Origin: Flaccisagitta enflata
Lineage: Eukaryota
Assembly: GCA_965153355.1 (NCBI GenBank)
Contig: OZ231126.1
Coordinates: forward strand, 14,198,001-14,262,000
Reading direction: 5' to 3'
DNA length: 64,000 nucleotides
Shown here: piece by piece, positions 1-13,267 of the stretch
Layout: every line of letters starts with the position of its first letter
Numbering within the stretch: position 1 is the first letter of the stretch
Program-made: the position numbers and the translations under genes
Notes under the pieces: model-generated
Told to the model about the DNA's origin: nothing
The model's database searches: none
What the model saw: only the letters and a program-made list of their open reading frames with translations

Positions 1-58
1 TTTTAGCTATACCAATTAAAGCTGCAGTTTTTTTTTCGAACACCCGTTAACGTTTTGC

Positions 59-180
59 TTTTTAGGTGCGACAAAGCACCTCTATAATTGGCTGTGTCCG
101 TTGGTCTGTCGGTCGGTTGGTTGGTAACGCATTCGTTCGACGATCCACACGTCGCACCTATTGGCCTACTTGGCCTTGTT
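59..180 (+). mobile_element. HINE/DINE-1-like family A (other copies 2200-2328, 14281-14403, 45085-45196)
   Basis: T-run, subTIR AGGTGCGAC with adjacent IR (GCACCT), GGTC/GGTT microsatellite, 3' subTIR GTCGCACCT, stem-loop GGCC-TACTT-GGCC, end TTGTT. No TSD. Confidence 0.75.
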
Positions 181-3100
181 GTTCAAACATCAGGAATCAG
201 GCAATCAAAGTTCAAGGATCAAAAGCCTCGCGATAGATCTAGGGTCAAGAAACTCAAATTAATGCAATGATTTGATCATATGTTTTTGACGGTTATGGCT
301 TAACATGTGACGCGGTGTCACAATATCGTTGCGGACAGATGGGCAGCGGCATCCAATCCCCAGCCTCACCCCAACCCCACCCCCAACCGCCCCTGCAACA
401 CACTCACACACCCACACACAAACAATAACAACGGCAGTATCATGAATGCGCTTTTTTCGTGCTTTTAACAAGAGCGTGACGGACGGACGGACCGACGGAC
501 AGATGGACCGACGAACAAACGGACAAAGCCTCTTACAGAGTTGCGTGTCCGAAACTAGAAATTTCGTTTTTGGTCGTGGGCAACGCGATTCTATGAGATG
601 CAAATTTCAATGCCGGTTTGTCCTTTGGCCGATGAAGTACCTGTATGGATATCGTTGCCCGACTATTGACTCCTGATTTCTAGTCACTTAGAATTTCGTT
701 CATTTATCAGATGGCAAAATATGCAGCCAATTCATATTTCCGTGTCCGTTTTAACTATGGCCTGATTTTGACGTAATAACAATTAGAATTTATGTGATTA
801 CCTGAGAACCCCAATCTCCTCTGTAGAAAACCGATGAAAAATGGGAAGAGGGCAAGTAACGCCATAAGGGGAGAATCGCCAAAAGGGGAAAATAAACCAA
901 GAATTCTCAAGATCTCTTGTTTGGTTTGTTTTCATGAAAAAGTTTTCTTAAAGAACACAGTGGCAGCACTGACCAGAAAAGCTAGTTTTTTTTGTCGTTT
1001 CAAATTACTATAGGAAATAATGTTTATTTTGATTCACTCAGCTGTTTCTCATTTTTCCTCAGGCCATTGGTACATGCGGAACTCCACCGTGGAACTGAAC
1101 TAGGTCGGTTCCATTGTTTTAGTGCTCAGAGATGACTTGTTCTCGTCAAAATATGGCTCGGATATCAAGGATGCAATGGTTCAATCACAAAAACTCATTA
1201 GCCCATGGCAGCAAGAACCCATGTATGAAGATCAATGGAGGGGAGGAATGGTCCATTTATGGTGGTCAATATTAGTTCGGATTGACAAAAGGATAGTTTC
1301 ACGTTCTAGAAATGGAATTCTCTCCCAAATGATCTCACACCGATTCCTGAGTTGCAATTCTGTTGCGCATCCTCAAAAAACGGCTTTAAGCACACCTCTT
1401 TTCTAGGTATGACTGATTCTCCGGTAGCTAAACATAGCTTTTGTATACATCTGTTTTTATTTGCGGACGCGCAATTCTGTAAGAGGCTAACCGTCCGTTG
1501 GTCCATTGGTACGATGGTCGGTTGGTCCGTGAACATGAGTCGAAAAGTGCAAAAGCGTGCGTTTTAGATGCTTTTGGTGTATGTGGTCGTGGGGGTATCA
1601 AATGTTAGGTGTAGATTGAGGTGGGATGCCCCTGCCCACCCGTCCGCAACGATATTGTGCGTCACTTGTTTTATGAGAAAGTTTAGGATCTCGATCGACC
1701 GAATGAGGTCTCCAATGAAATTGATAGGGTGATTGAGAAAATTTGATAATTCTTTTTTATTTGGCGCCACTTTAAGTAGGATCAATGAAGGAGTGGATTG
1801 ATTTTTGAGCATGAAAATATAAGAAAACATGTTTATGAACATAGCTGCTCATCTGTTAGGGTGTTTTTGAGTACTCTAGCTCATTTAGCTCAATCTTTTT
1901 TTTTAAATTCTAAATGTGATAATTAAAAAAACATTTTGACACATGTCAGCGAATGCAAATACAAAGAAGCATGTGAGTGAGCATAGCTGGTTATCTGTGT
2001 GAGTGATTGTTAGAATTTTAGCTCATCTAGGTAATTCAGCTCAGTCCTATTTTTCTCTGATTTTCATGCAATCGAAACATACAATTGCTCTTGATTAAGA
2101 TAAATAAATAAACAAAATGCAGTGACTGAAGCTGAAGACAAAAGCTTGGCGGAGAGCGGCTGATACTTACGACTTTTCTCCTCACGGCCGCCATTACACT
2201 TTTTTAGGTGCGACAAAGCACCTCTATAAGTGGCTGTGTCCGTTGGTTGGTCGGATGGTCGGTCGGTCGGATAACGCATTTGTTCGACGATCCACACGTT
2301 GCACCTTATTGGCCTACTTGGCCTTGTTTAAAAGAACGTCATTTCTTTTTGACGGCTTCATGTTCTTATTTTTCCTTTTTTTACAAATTGAAAAAATTAA
2401 GAACAATTTGATAGACATTGAGCCTCAAAACGGCAAAAAATTTAAGAGAACCCAGGCTGAGTTAAAAAAAGGTTGTCTCTTATATAGAAAAAAAAGTGTA
2501 TGGTTTTCGCCAATTTTTTGCACACCCTGTTGTGAGGCACTTACTTGGTTGATAAGTTTTGTTTTTAGACGGACCATCACTTCTCTAAAAGACTAGATTA
2601 GGAATTGTCAATCCATTTGTTCGTTGGGTCCACCATCCACGTCCGTCTTTCCGTCAATTACGCGCAAAAAGTGTTCTGTTGTTTCTTGTGAAATGACATG
2701 GTTTGTGTCCAAATCAATAGATGTATCCGTGTTGGCGTTTGCCAACTCCGTTACGCTTTCCAAACAAGAGAACACTTCGAGTACACTTTTTAGTCGCGTG
2801 CACGCGATCGCGCGACTCTACAACCCACTCTGTCCGTGTGTCGGTCGGTCCGTGGGTCGGTCTGTTTTTCGGTAACGTTTGCTTTCTTTTTCGTCATTTT
2901 ACGCAATTTTAAGTTATTTTAAGATATTTAAAGTTAATTTAAATCAATTTACATTTATTCTCTTAGTCTTTTAATATTTAGGTCTTATGGTCTTAACAAC
3001 CGCACGCGACTGTAAGGTGTTGGCCTTGTTTTTTTTATAAGGACCTCGTTTATAAGCACGCCCAGCCTCAGATATTGGAAAAATTTAAGCACATTGCTAA

Positions 3101-3185
3101 GCACGTTCTAGCCTGAAATTAGCAATTCAGAAAAAAAATTTTGGTTAGCCTTCAACAAAAAAAAACCTTAAAGATTAGCAGTCAC

Positions 3186-3324
3186 TTTTTAGTCGCGGAC
3201 ACGCGACTCTAGAACTTGCCATGTTGGTCGGTCGGTCCGAAATATTGTTAAATTGCGAGCAGTTTTTGCATTACGGCTCCTACCCAACCATCCGCGACTG
3301 TATTGCCGTGTATCCGGCCTTGTT
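3186..3324 (+). mobile_element. HINE-like family B (copies ~7147-7275, 26387-26532, 44932-45086, 49668-49835(-), 50163-50303(-), 51608-51802)
   Basis: TTTTTAGTCGCGGACACGCGACT 5' hairpin, GTCG/GTCC repeats, 3' TCCGCGACT, stem-loop GCCG-TGTATC-CGGC, CTTGTT end. Confidence 0.75.
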
Positions 3325-3660
3325 TAGTCAGAACTCAAAATTATCAAAGATAATTTAAATCTCATACTTAATTATTAACTGACCAAGATCAACCTTCAGA
3401 ATATTAAGGATTTTGATATTGATAGGAATATTCAAATTTCTAATAATACTCTACATTATTGAATATAGATACTACTGTATATAGATACTATTGTTTACAG
3501 ATACTATTGTATACAGATACTATTGTTTAGAACATTCATCACTGTAACAAAAAGAAGCGCTAAAAGATTATTAAAATGTATTGTATTCTATATTAAACTA
3601 GAGTATGTTCTATATTGTAAAGTATATTCAGTTCTATAATCTGTATTAAATACACTGTAG

Positions 3661-6600
3661 TAGGGTTGAAGGTGCATTGGGTAGGTTGGAATTAGGACCT
3701 GGTGCCCTTTTTTTAATCAAATTTAATGTTTTTGAAAGTGCTTAAAACAGTTCCCAAAACCAAAATCTGAAATTTTGAACAGGGGCCCCAGGTTTGAAGA
3801 CAAGAGGTAAAATCGCCAAAAATCGCGAAAATCACGAAAATCGCGAAAATAAGCTGAAATCGAGATTTCAGGAAACCTGTTCTTATAATCAGTTCTTTTA
3901 CTATATGACTTTGATGAATTATTTCTCAGCTACCTTCATTTCATGAACTATAAATATTGTCACCTCTTGTGGTGACACAGAAGCAAGTTATGGGGGCCCC
4001 TGAAGGGCCCATGCAAGAAGCCCAATAAATTTCAGATAGCAAAAAGCTATGTAAATCTTATCATTTTTGCTTGTTCTTTCTGCTTCTACAACATCAGAGA
4101 GCTGAATTCTTTGTACAGAAACAGTCATCCATTGGTTAGGAACTACTTTGAAACAGAATTGAAGGTTGAGGATCTGTCTGGGGGGCTGTTCTGAGGGCTT
4201 AAAGAGCTCAAAATGGCACAAAATAACCAAAGTTGTGGTATATTTGCTATTTTTAAGTTTTTACAACAATGAAGTGTCAAATTCTCTGTGCAGGTACTAT
4301 CATCTAGTGTATGGCAACTTATTGAAATCAAAAGTGAAGGTTGATGATCCCTAAAGGACTCGTGCATAGGGCTCACAGGACTCAAAGAAGCAAAAATCTC
4401 TGAAAATTTTGGAATTTTTGTTAATTTCTTTACTGTTTTAATGATAGCGTGCTTGATATCCTGAACAGGTACTATAATCTAGTGCGTGAGAACTTATTGA
4501 GAACAAAAGTGAAGATTGGGAGGCCAAACCAGGGACTTCAAGGATATAAATTAACTAACACCTTGGTGTTTTAGCCGCTATTTTAGTTGCAGACTCAGGA
4601 CTAAGACTTTGTCCATCCATCTGTTGATCCATCAGTACCACGGTCCATTGGTCAATTAATGTAAAAACACAAATTTACAGGGTGATTATTCTGTAAAATG
4701 TATTAAGCTGTAAAATTTTATATAAAATGTATTTATATAAAATGTATTAAGCTTTTATTACAAAATGCATCATTTCAATAATCTGGAATTATTTTTTTTT
4801 CTAATATTTGATATTTTTTGTAAGAATATTTGGGTCTAGGCCAAATACTTATTCTGTAACATCAATTTGAATAAAAATGAGTATTCACAGTGTCAGCTAA
4901 ATTGATTTTTTTTATAACAACGATTTTTATTAAAATAGCTCTATTTTTCAAACAGTTTGAGCCACATAGGCCAGCATCAAATGAAAGATATTTCAATTAT
5001 CTTTCATTTGAGAACGATCGTGCATCTGTAGCTTAAACTGTTCAGAAATGAGACCAAATTACAGCAAAAATGAACAAATGAAAAATGAAAACTATGGGTG
5101 TAAATAGGCTTTAACTGGAAATAATATATTTCAAATTGATATTGTTTTGTACTTTTTGAAAGAATTAATTCCAAATATTCACCGACTGTGTACAATAGTT
5201 AAAATCTTTTTTCAAAACAACTTGTAATTTTACAATGTAGAGTACAGTGCAGAATAGCAAAACAAACAATTTTGCCTATATTTTCAAATACCACTTTGGG
5301 CATCTGCCTCTGATGATGATGCCCAAAGTGGTATTCAAAAATTTAGGCAAAATTGTTCGTTTTTGCTATTCTGCACTGTACTCTCCATCATAAAATTATA
5401 AGTCATTTTCAGTATAATACTACTGGTGCTCGCGATGACAATTCGTCACATAAAATTGTTTTTTCATTTGACAACAATAACCCAGTAAGAACCTGCAGTG
5501 GTGAGGTAACTTGTTAATTTCTATGATAATAGTGTTTTTAATTCTCTGTACTGATTCTATCACTGGTTTAAGGGATTTAGTAAAGAAAATCCCTAGAGGC
5601 TCATCCAGGAAATTCAATGTGCTCAAAATAGCCAGAATTGACATTTTTAGTTGCATGCACACAACTCTTCCATCCACTTTGTCCATCAGTCCATCCATCA
5701 GTCTAACTAGTTTTTTTACTTTTTTGGCATATAAGGGCAATTATTGCATTACTGTTCCTGCCCTAATGTATTGTTAGCCTTTTTTCTTTTGCCACCCACA
5801 TGCAACTAAGGTAGCCCTGCATCCGACCTTGTTTTTGCTCCTTTGACAATTAAGGGCTGCAATCTTTGTATAGCTATTGGAATTTGGTGTGTTGGAACTG
5901 GTAAAGGGCTCAGAAGGCTACAGAACAGTAGAAACAAGGCGGCCCACAAAAAAGAATCTTTCCTGCTTCAACACATCAATGGAGAAGCTTGAATCATGGT
6001 TTTTCTGAAAGGTATCCACACAAGTCAAAAAGGCGCACCTCCGCCCCTCCCCCCTTCTCTTGCTCTCTGCAATGACAATTTTACCCAGGATAAGTTATTT
6101 ATATTTGATACTCACTGCTTATCTCTATTTGGTAATTTTTGGCCATTTTGAATAGGGTCCTCAACATTCACTTCTGTTCTCAAGCCACAAAATGGTTCAA
6201 TGTATCTGTACAGAATATTCATTGCTCCATCTTTATGTTAACAAGTTCCAACACGCTAGAGGATAGAATCTGAAGAAAGAATTAATAAAAAGCCAAAAAA
6301 TGACAAAATTTCAAAGATTTTTAGTCGCGTGAACGCGACTCCATAACCCACTGTCTGTCTGTCTGTTGGTCCGTCCATCCATCCGTCCATCCATCTGTCC
6401 ATAACGCTTAGCTTTTTTCTAGCCATTTTGAGCAATGTGAGCCCTCTGGATGGCCCCCTACACAGGTCATTTTGCTTTAAACTAGTTCCATCCAATCAGT
6501 TGACAGTTTCTTTACAGAAAATTCAGCACTCCACTAGAATAGAAGCAATAAAACTAAAAACAATGACTAAATTTTTATCATTTCTTATGATTTTGAATCT

Positions 6601-6960
6601 TTTGGGTCCCTGCATGGGCCCCCCAGGGGCCCCTCAACCCTTGGATCTATTCCCCCTACACCTGATGACAGTATTATATGTACTTATAGTGGAGGCAGCT
6701 GAGAATTGGTTCATTTAAGTCATTTAGTAACAGAACTGATTATAGGAACACCTCTCTTGAAATATTGATTTTGTCGTTTTTCCGCAATTTTCGGCAGTTT
6801 TACCTCTTGTCTTCAAACCTTGGGCCCCTAGTTAAGATTTTTGATTTTTGTCTTGGGGCCTGTTTTAAACACTTTTAAAAACATTAAATTTGACTTAGAA
6901 ATAGGCACCAGTACTTGATTTGGAATTTTGTACCAGGGGCCCCATCCACCTTCAACCCTA
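3661..6960. mobile_element. 3.3-kb non-autonomous DNA transposon with long imperfect TIRs (hAT-like TAGGG ends)
   Basis: TAGGGTTGAAGGTG...CACCTTCAACCCTA ends. Inverted similarity extends ~550 bp inward. Flanked by ACTGTAG on both sides, and the empty site is visible at ~7610. Confidence 0.85.
5221..5403. repeat. ~180-bp imperfect palindrome (fold-back remnant)
   Basis: GAGTACAGTGCAGAATAGCAAAA...ACCACTTTGGGCATC mirrored by GATGCCCAAAGTGGT...TTTTGCTATTCTGCACTGTACTC. Confidence 0.8.
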
Positions 6961-7146
6961 ACTGTAGTCTTAATATTTTCCCTCAATTTTTAATAAGCAT
7001 GCACTTAAGCATATTTTAGCCTCAAAAATAAGATTTTGCTAAGCACGCTCAGCCTAAGCTGAAAAAAGTGCGTGCTTATGAAAAAAAAAGTGTACAGAAT
7101 AATAGCAAATTCATGACTCTCTCTCTCTCTCTCTCTCTCTCGGACT

Positions 7147-7776
7147 CGGACACGCGACTCTAGAACTTGCCATGTTGGTCGGTCGGTCCGAAATATTGTT
7201 AAATTGCGAGCAGTTTTTGCATTACGGCTCCTACCCAACCATCCGCGACTGTATTGCCGTGTATCCGGCCTTGTTTAGTCAGAACTCAAAATTATCAAAG
7301 ATAATTTAAATCTCATACTTAATTATTAACTGACCAAGATCAACCTTCAGAATATTAAGGATTTTGATATTGATAGGAATATTCAAATTTCCAATAATAC
7401 TCTACATTATTGAATATAGATACTACTGTATACAGATACTATTGTTTACAGATACTATTGTATACAGATACTATTGTTTAGAACATTCATCACTGTAACA
7501 AAATCTAAAGAAGCGCTAAAAGATTATAAAAATGTATTGTATTCTATATTAAACTAGAGTATGTTCTATATTGTAAAGTATATTCAGTTCTATAATCTGT
7601 ATTAAATACACTGTAGTCTTAATATTTTCCCTCAATTTTTAATAAGCATGCACTTAAGCATATTTTAGCCTCAAAAATAAGATTTTGCTAAGCACGCTCA
7701 GCCTCAGCTGAAAAAAGTGCGTGCTTATGAAAAAAAAAAAGTGTACAGAATAATAGCAAATTCATGACTCTCTCTC
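7147..7776 (+). repeat. Near-identical duplicate of 3196-3660 + 6968-7125, lacking the 3.3-kb insertion
   Basis: Sequence matches with only a few substitutions or indels visible. Confidence 0.92.
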
Positions 7777-8014
7777 GCAAACATAATCCGTATCTTTTGT
7801 TCCGAAACGCGCCTTTGCATCTCCGCCGCGAGAGCGCAGCAGATATGCAGATGGGCGCCGGCGAAATTGAATACTCGTCACCCGGATGTGCAAATCGACG
7901 ATATTTGAGATAAAGGAAGTCGAGGCAAAATCGCGATCTCGTGTTACAAGTTGCCAGAAATTCTTGGTCACTTGCAAGATGCAACGATAAGGATTGTAGC
8001 AACAAAATCACTTG

Positions 8015-8022
8015 CAACAACG

Positions 8023-8064
<42 letters not shown>

Positions 8065-8066
8065 CC

Positions 8067-8133
<67 letters not shown>
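8015..8133. repeat. (AAC)n microsatellite
   Basis: Direct reading. Confidence 0.98.
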
Positions 8134-8135
<2 letters not shown>

Positions 8136-8558
8136 AGAATATAGGCGCACATATACGCACACGCAAACACTCGTTTACTCACTGACACGCACTTTCACGC
8201 ACGCTAACACATTCTTATCGACTGCACAATCGAACAAGCACCTCAACGACATCAGTTTTCTTCTGTATTTGATCATCATCATGATAAACAAGCCCAACAG
8301 GCCAACAGTCGCGTGCTTTGTTTTACACTTTACAGTAGTACACACAACTGCATGCATACATACTCCTTTCCTTGTTACAAATGAGAGCGATTTGAAGCTG
8401 ACTACCTTTTTTTGAAAATGCAGAAAACACAGATGTGAATCGGTTTTAGAAAGCACATTCATCAACATGTAAGTCATAACCTTGTTTTGATAGATTAACC
8501 ATATATGATATATCATTATGGATCTTTACATCAACCAACATAAGAGTGTCCCATTTAA

Positions 8559-9750
8559 CAGGGTGTCCAAAAAATTTGGTAGAATTTTAAAAAGAACAAC
8601 AACAAAAAAGTCCTGAATAATCAATTCTGTTGAAAAAGGGTCAATCATTAAATGTTGGTTGTCAATGAATATTTGTTACCACACAGGCAGCATGGATCCA
8701 ATTAATGAGATCTGTACAAGGCAAGAAAGGTTCACCTGCAGTGGTCTTAACAAAAATGGTTTTGATGGACAAAAGGAAATAGATACCCCGTGTTCAATCT
8801 CAAAGTCGGAAAAGTAAAAGCTTTCAATTTCTAAATGCAACCAGTCAGTGATTTCAAATCATTTTTCAATGGTAGTAATATGGTTGACGTTTTTTGTATA
8901 AAAATTTCATTGGTCTAGCCTCAAAAGTTTGCCCACAACATCAATTTTAAGTAAAACAAGAATATAAAGTGTGAGCTAAAAAACTCTCATTTCAATCATG
9001 ATAGTTTTTTCTTAAAATTGCTCTAGTTTCTAAACGAATGGAAGTAAAAATGTAAGATTGGTCTCAAATCAAGTATAATTTGAAGATGTTTACATATGAG
9101 ATCAATCTGGCCCGATTATCAAGCCCTTTGAAAATTTAATGCAGAATATTGAAAAACAATGTTGATAAAGATATGAGTTTTTGAGCTTCAACTGTAAATA
9201 CTTGTTTTACTTCAAATTGATGTTGTGGACGAACTATTTAAGCTAGACCATTGAAATTTTTACATAAAAAACGTCAAACATAATACTACAAGAAAAAAAT
9301 GGTTTGAAATCACTGACTTATAGCGTTTAGAAATGTAAGCTTTTAACTTTCTCGACTTTGAGATTGAACACCCTGTAGCTTCTTATGGGTTATTTCAGTG
9401 TTTTTTTTTTCAATGCATTGATTCAATTTTGAGTCAAGAGGGCAGTCCTGCTTCAATATATTTATCCCCCTATTTGTTGACCTTGTTGGGATACCAAACT
9501 TGATGACATAGATAACCAAATGGCTGCTACCTCTACTATTTTATACCAGAAAAAATACCATAGAATTGGAATGTTTGTCTCAAACACAACTCCTTCCTTT
9601 TTAAACCAGGGTAGTCCTCATGAATATTTGTGCTTTCTAATATATAATGGAACTAAGTGGGAGGGTACATACTAAATTTTAGCTTATTGGGCCCTCCGGA
9701 AGAATATTTTTTGTGCATTATTGCTTTTACCACATTTATTGAACACCCTG
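8559..9750. mobile_element. MITE with CAGGGTG TIRs (Tc1/mariner-like), host of a nested MITE
   Basis: CAGGGTGTCCAAAAAATTTGGTAGAA vs TTTTACCACATTTATTGAACACCCTG. TTAA on both flanks. Confidence 0.65.
8786..9375. mobile_element. TA-flanked MITE with ~200-bp inverted arms
   Basis: TA|CCCCGTGTTCAATCTCAAAGTCG ... CGACTTTGAGATTGAACACCCTG|TA. Arms about 8786-8990 and 9172-9375. Confidence 0.85.
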
Positions 9751-10011
9751 TTAATCCCGATTTCACAACAGTTGAACACATTTTTGCCTAAAATTATGCA
9801 TCTGGAATCTGCGCTAAAATCTGTGGTGACATATCTTGGCATGATTCATTTTAGATCTCAGAAAACAGTCACTAAGCCAAATGGAAGCAGTCATAGCCTG
9901 GGCGAGACATCAGATGAGGTCCTGGAAAAGAGAAAACCCGAACCCACTTTAGATTTTTTCAGTAAATGAACATCTTCATCAACTGAACGAAGACTTTTTT
10001 CTTAGGTAGTA

Positions 10012-10625
10012 CAGTACCTTCCGAGCAAACCCGGCTAAAACTGGAGGATTAATTTTTGTTATTTTAATTTCATTTCCCAAACTTCATTTTTTGTACATAA
10101 CCTAATTAAAAGAAACTTAATTCCTTGAACATGTTTGGCTGTCAAAATAACTCGTGAAATCAAAGTGCATGAAGACATCAATATTGAGTATTCTAACCCA
10201 GACCATTAGATTTGGCAGAAAATTTTACCTATCCTAGACTACAAGAACAGCTCAGTCAGATAATTATTTCAGATTTTACAGCTATTTAAAGTTTTTAAGG
10301 ACAATTGTCTCAAAATAATTTAGGACAATTGTCCTTAAAAACTTTAAATGGCCATAAAATCTGAGATAATTGTCTGACTGAGCTGTTCTTATAGTCTAAG
10401 ATAGGTAAAATTTTCTGCCAAATCCAATGGTCTGGGTTAGAACACTCAATATTGATGTCTTCATGCACTTTGATTTCACGAGTAATTTTTTTTGACAACC
10501 AAATATGTTCAAGGAATTAAGTATCTTTTAATTAAGTTTGATGCAAAAAATGAAGTTTGGGAAATAAAATTAAAGTAACAAAAATTAATCCTCCAGTTTT
10601 AACCGGGTTTGCTCGGAAGGTACTG
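10012..10625. mobile_element. Fully palindromic fold-back MITE (Tc1/mariner-pogo type ends)
   Basis: TA|CAGTACCTTCCGAGCAAACCCGG...CCGGGTTTGCTCGGAAGGTACTG|TA. The ~300-bp arms meet near 10318. Confidence 0.92.
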
Positions 10626-10809
10626 TATGTATTGCTTAATTTATAGATACCAATAAAGGCGGCTAATCGCCGACCGGAAAAAAGTCGTAAATGGGAGTTT
10701 CTTTTTTTTCAGTGCATGATCCTCTGTGAGTGCATCTCATGCTGTCTGTGTATTTTTTTTATTCAATCTACAGTTGACTTTGCTTTCTCTCAGTCTTCCT
10801 TTGTCTGTG

Positions 10810-10949
<140 letters not shown>

Positions 10950-11489
10950 TAGTCATAAAACTTGAAGTCAATCTGCGTAACATCTTGACACTTTTCCTAT
11001 GTTACATAGACCCAAATATTGGGATCAATGAAAAAAATGTTTTAAAAATGCGAAAAATAAAAAAGATTAAAAAATTCATAACTCCTAAACTATTGATCGT
11101 AGAGACTTCTGGTTGGCGCCGTTTGAAAGAGAAAAATAAGCTCTTTCTTAGCTGTGAATATCAAAAAATGTATACTCCCAGCCCAAAAATGGCTCAACTT
11201 GCTAAAATTGTCCCAAATCCAAAATGGAAAACTTTATTTCTCCCCTACGTTTCAAAAAGTCGAATTACGTAATTCGACTTTTTTCCAACAATATCGATAC
11301 AACATCGATACAATATCGATATGATTTGATACAAAATTGTACCTAAAAATACCCAAAAATACCCATGATATCCAAAATACCCAAAAGTACCCAAAAATAC
11401 CCAAAAGTACCATAAGTTCCTAGAGTAATTTAAGTACCCTAAAGTACCCTTAAGTACCCTGAAGTAACCTAAAGAACCTTAAATAGAGA

Positions 11490-13205
11490 TGATCATGTAT
11501 TTTCATTAAAAATACAGAGAGACAATTACGCGAGGCTCCACAGATTATTGGATTAATACAGTGCATTGAAATAAGGCACAACAAGTCCAATACAGGTCAT
11601 TGACTCACGTAAAATAAATAAGAAATAAAAAGGGATCAAACCGACATGGTTAAAAAACATGGTATCAAATAAAAATGTTATCAATTGACAACAAGCGGAG
11701 CAGGATTCATCCACGCTGGCTCCCTACGCGCAGAAAAGACACTAAAGGACGATAACAGAGCGGCTTTTGATGTGACTTTAACGAGAGATTTCGTGATGGA
11801 TTTCGCATCGCGACAACACCTATAGGAAAAACTCTTCAGTCTTGCCTTATTTGGCCCCGACAACTGACCACGCACGGAAACTTCTACGGAAAACTGAAAG
11901 ACAGTAAAATTTTGGGAGAGATCAGTTACAAGGGAAGCATATTTCTCCTCTTTGAAGTTATGACTTCTTTCAATATTACTGTCCCATGGACACGTTAGTT
12001 CAAAAATGATTGCCAACCGCGCTGATTCATTAATAATGAAAAGATCAGGCTTCAAACTTGTACTAAGCACATGTGGGGGTATTGTACCACCATGGGGGGC
12101 CTGAAACCCCTCCATATCGGAATAAAGTACCATTCCATCGAGCAGCTTAGGCCTGATAACATTAATAATTGAGGACAAAACCGAATTGTGGCGCCAAGTG
12201 TAACGGCCTTGATCGAGTGCAACGCTGCAGTTGGATAGGACATGCAAAAGAGTCTGAATATTGCCACAAAATGGGCACCTATCATTTACACGCTTGCCCC
12301 ACCGCTTGAGGTTATCAAGAGTGGGGAGGGTGTTTATTCCGGCATTTATGGCGAATCTAAGAACTCCTTGCGGTATATCCCACATAAAAGCCCGCCATGA
12401 AATACAACCCTTCTCTTCCATGATCAATGCCAGAAAATCACCCTGCATTACATAGTGCCCGATTTTCTCTTTCCAGAAATCATTTACCCGGCCCTGCAAA
12501 CCCGCCTGGACTTTTCCCTTCAATACTTTCCTTTGATCGAGGCTTTGAGGAGGTGGATTGGAGGGGGCCGGGTGGGAGGTTGGTGGAGGAGGAGGAGGGG
12601 TGGGAGATGAGGGAGGAGACAGAGCTTCATCCACCTCCAGCGATGACCAACTACTTTGGGAATCATCCAGGGTATCACCTGTGGTTGAAACATGACTGGC
12701 ACCTACTGGAGTAACCACCTCCTGAATCAGCCCTTTAGCATAAACCGCTGGAGAGAACTTCCGGCACCAACTTTCCTCACGTTGCTCCTTGACATCCAGC
12801 GCATGTCGAACCCGGGCGTCACTGAAAAAACGAATGTTAGAAAGAGACAGAGAGCGACATTCTTTATACAAATGGTCAATCGATTTAATGTTCAAACCAT
12901 GGACATCATGAATAATTGCCCATGATGCACAACGAGGCAGACCCAGCCATTTTTTCAAGTATGAGTGCGACAAACTTTCAAGCTCCCCAATTTGGGTCTT
13001 CTGCAAATCATGTACCGAAAACATAAAACGAATCGATCCAAGAAAATATTCCTTATAAATACGCACCTTGTACTCATTCCGTATAAACAAATCATCAATA
13101 TTCTTCAACTGATCGCTCATTTTCTCCTTAATTACCGTGGCCACTGAGTTGGCCAAACAATCAAATGTATAAATGCCCCCAAGAAACTTATGACATTTGT
13201 CGTGC
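11490..13205 (-). mobile_element. 5'-truncated non-LTR retrotransposon with restriction-like endonuclease (R2 group, HERO-like)
   Basis: Open frame to the stop at 11681: RT C-terminal KFLG, thumb-like YLKKWLGLP, CCHC knuckle CPFCGNIQTLLHVLSNC, GRYTWRHNSVL, KPDL...ELTCPWD...KEEKY (PD-(D/E)xK nuclease). About 190 nt of putative 3' UTR follows. Boundaries approximate. Confidence 0.9.
11681..13205 (-). CDS. C-terminal ~500 aa of retrotransposon ORF (RT thumb, zinc knuckle, RLE), partial
   Basis: Part of the 552-aa ORF 11681..13339. The first ~45 aa come from unrelated flanking repeats, and the RT catalytic core is absent. Confidence 0.85.
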
Positions 13206-13267
13206 AAAATGCGATAGACGGACCGCTCTACCGACAGACATACCGACCAACAGACCAAAGTGTAGAG

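Noticed and set aside
1063..1406. Coding exon bounded by a good acceptor and donor
   Set aside because: All three frames hit stops soon after the acceptor. At most a non-coding exon, which is unsupported.
7688..8415. Poly-L/T/N/V ORFs (and similar SL, ER, KKER ORFs elsewhere)
   Set aside because: Microsatellite translations.
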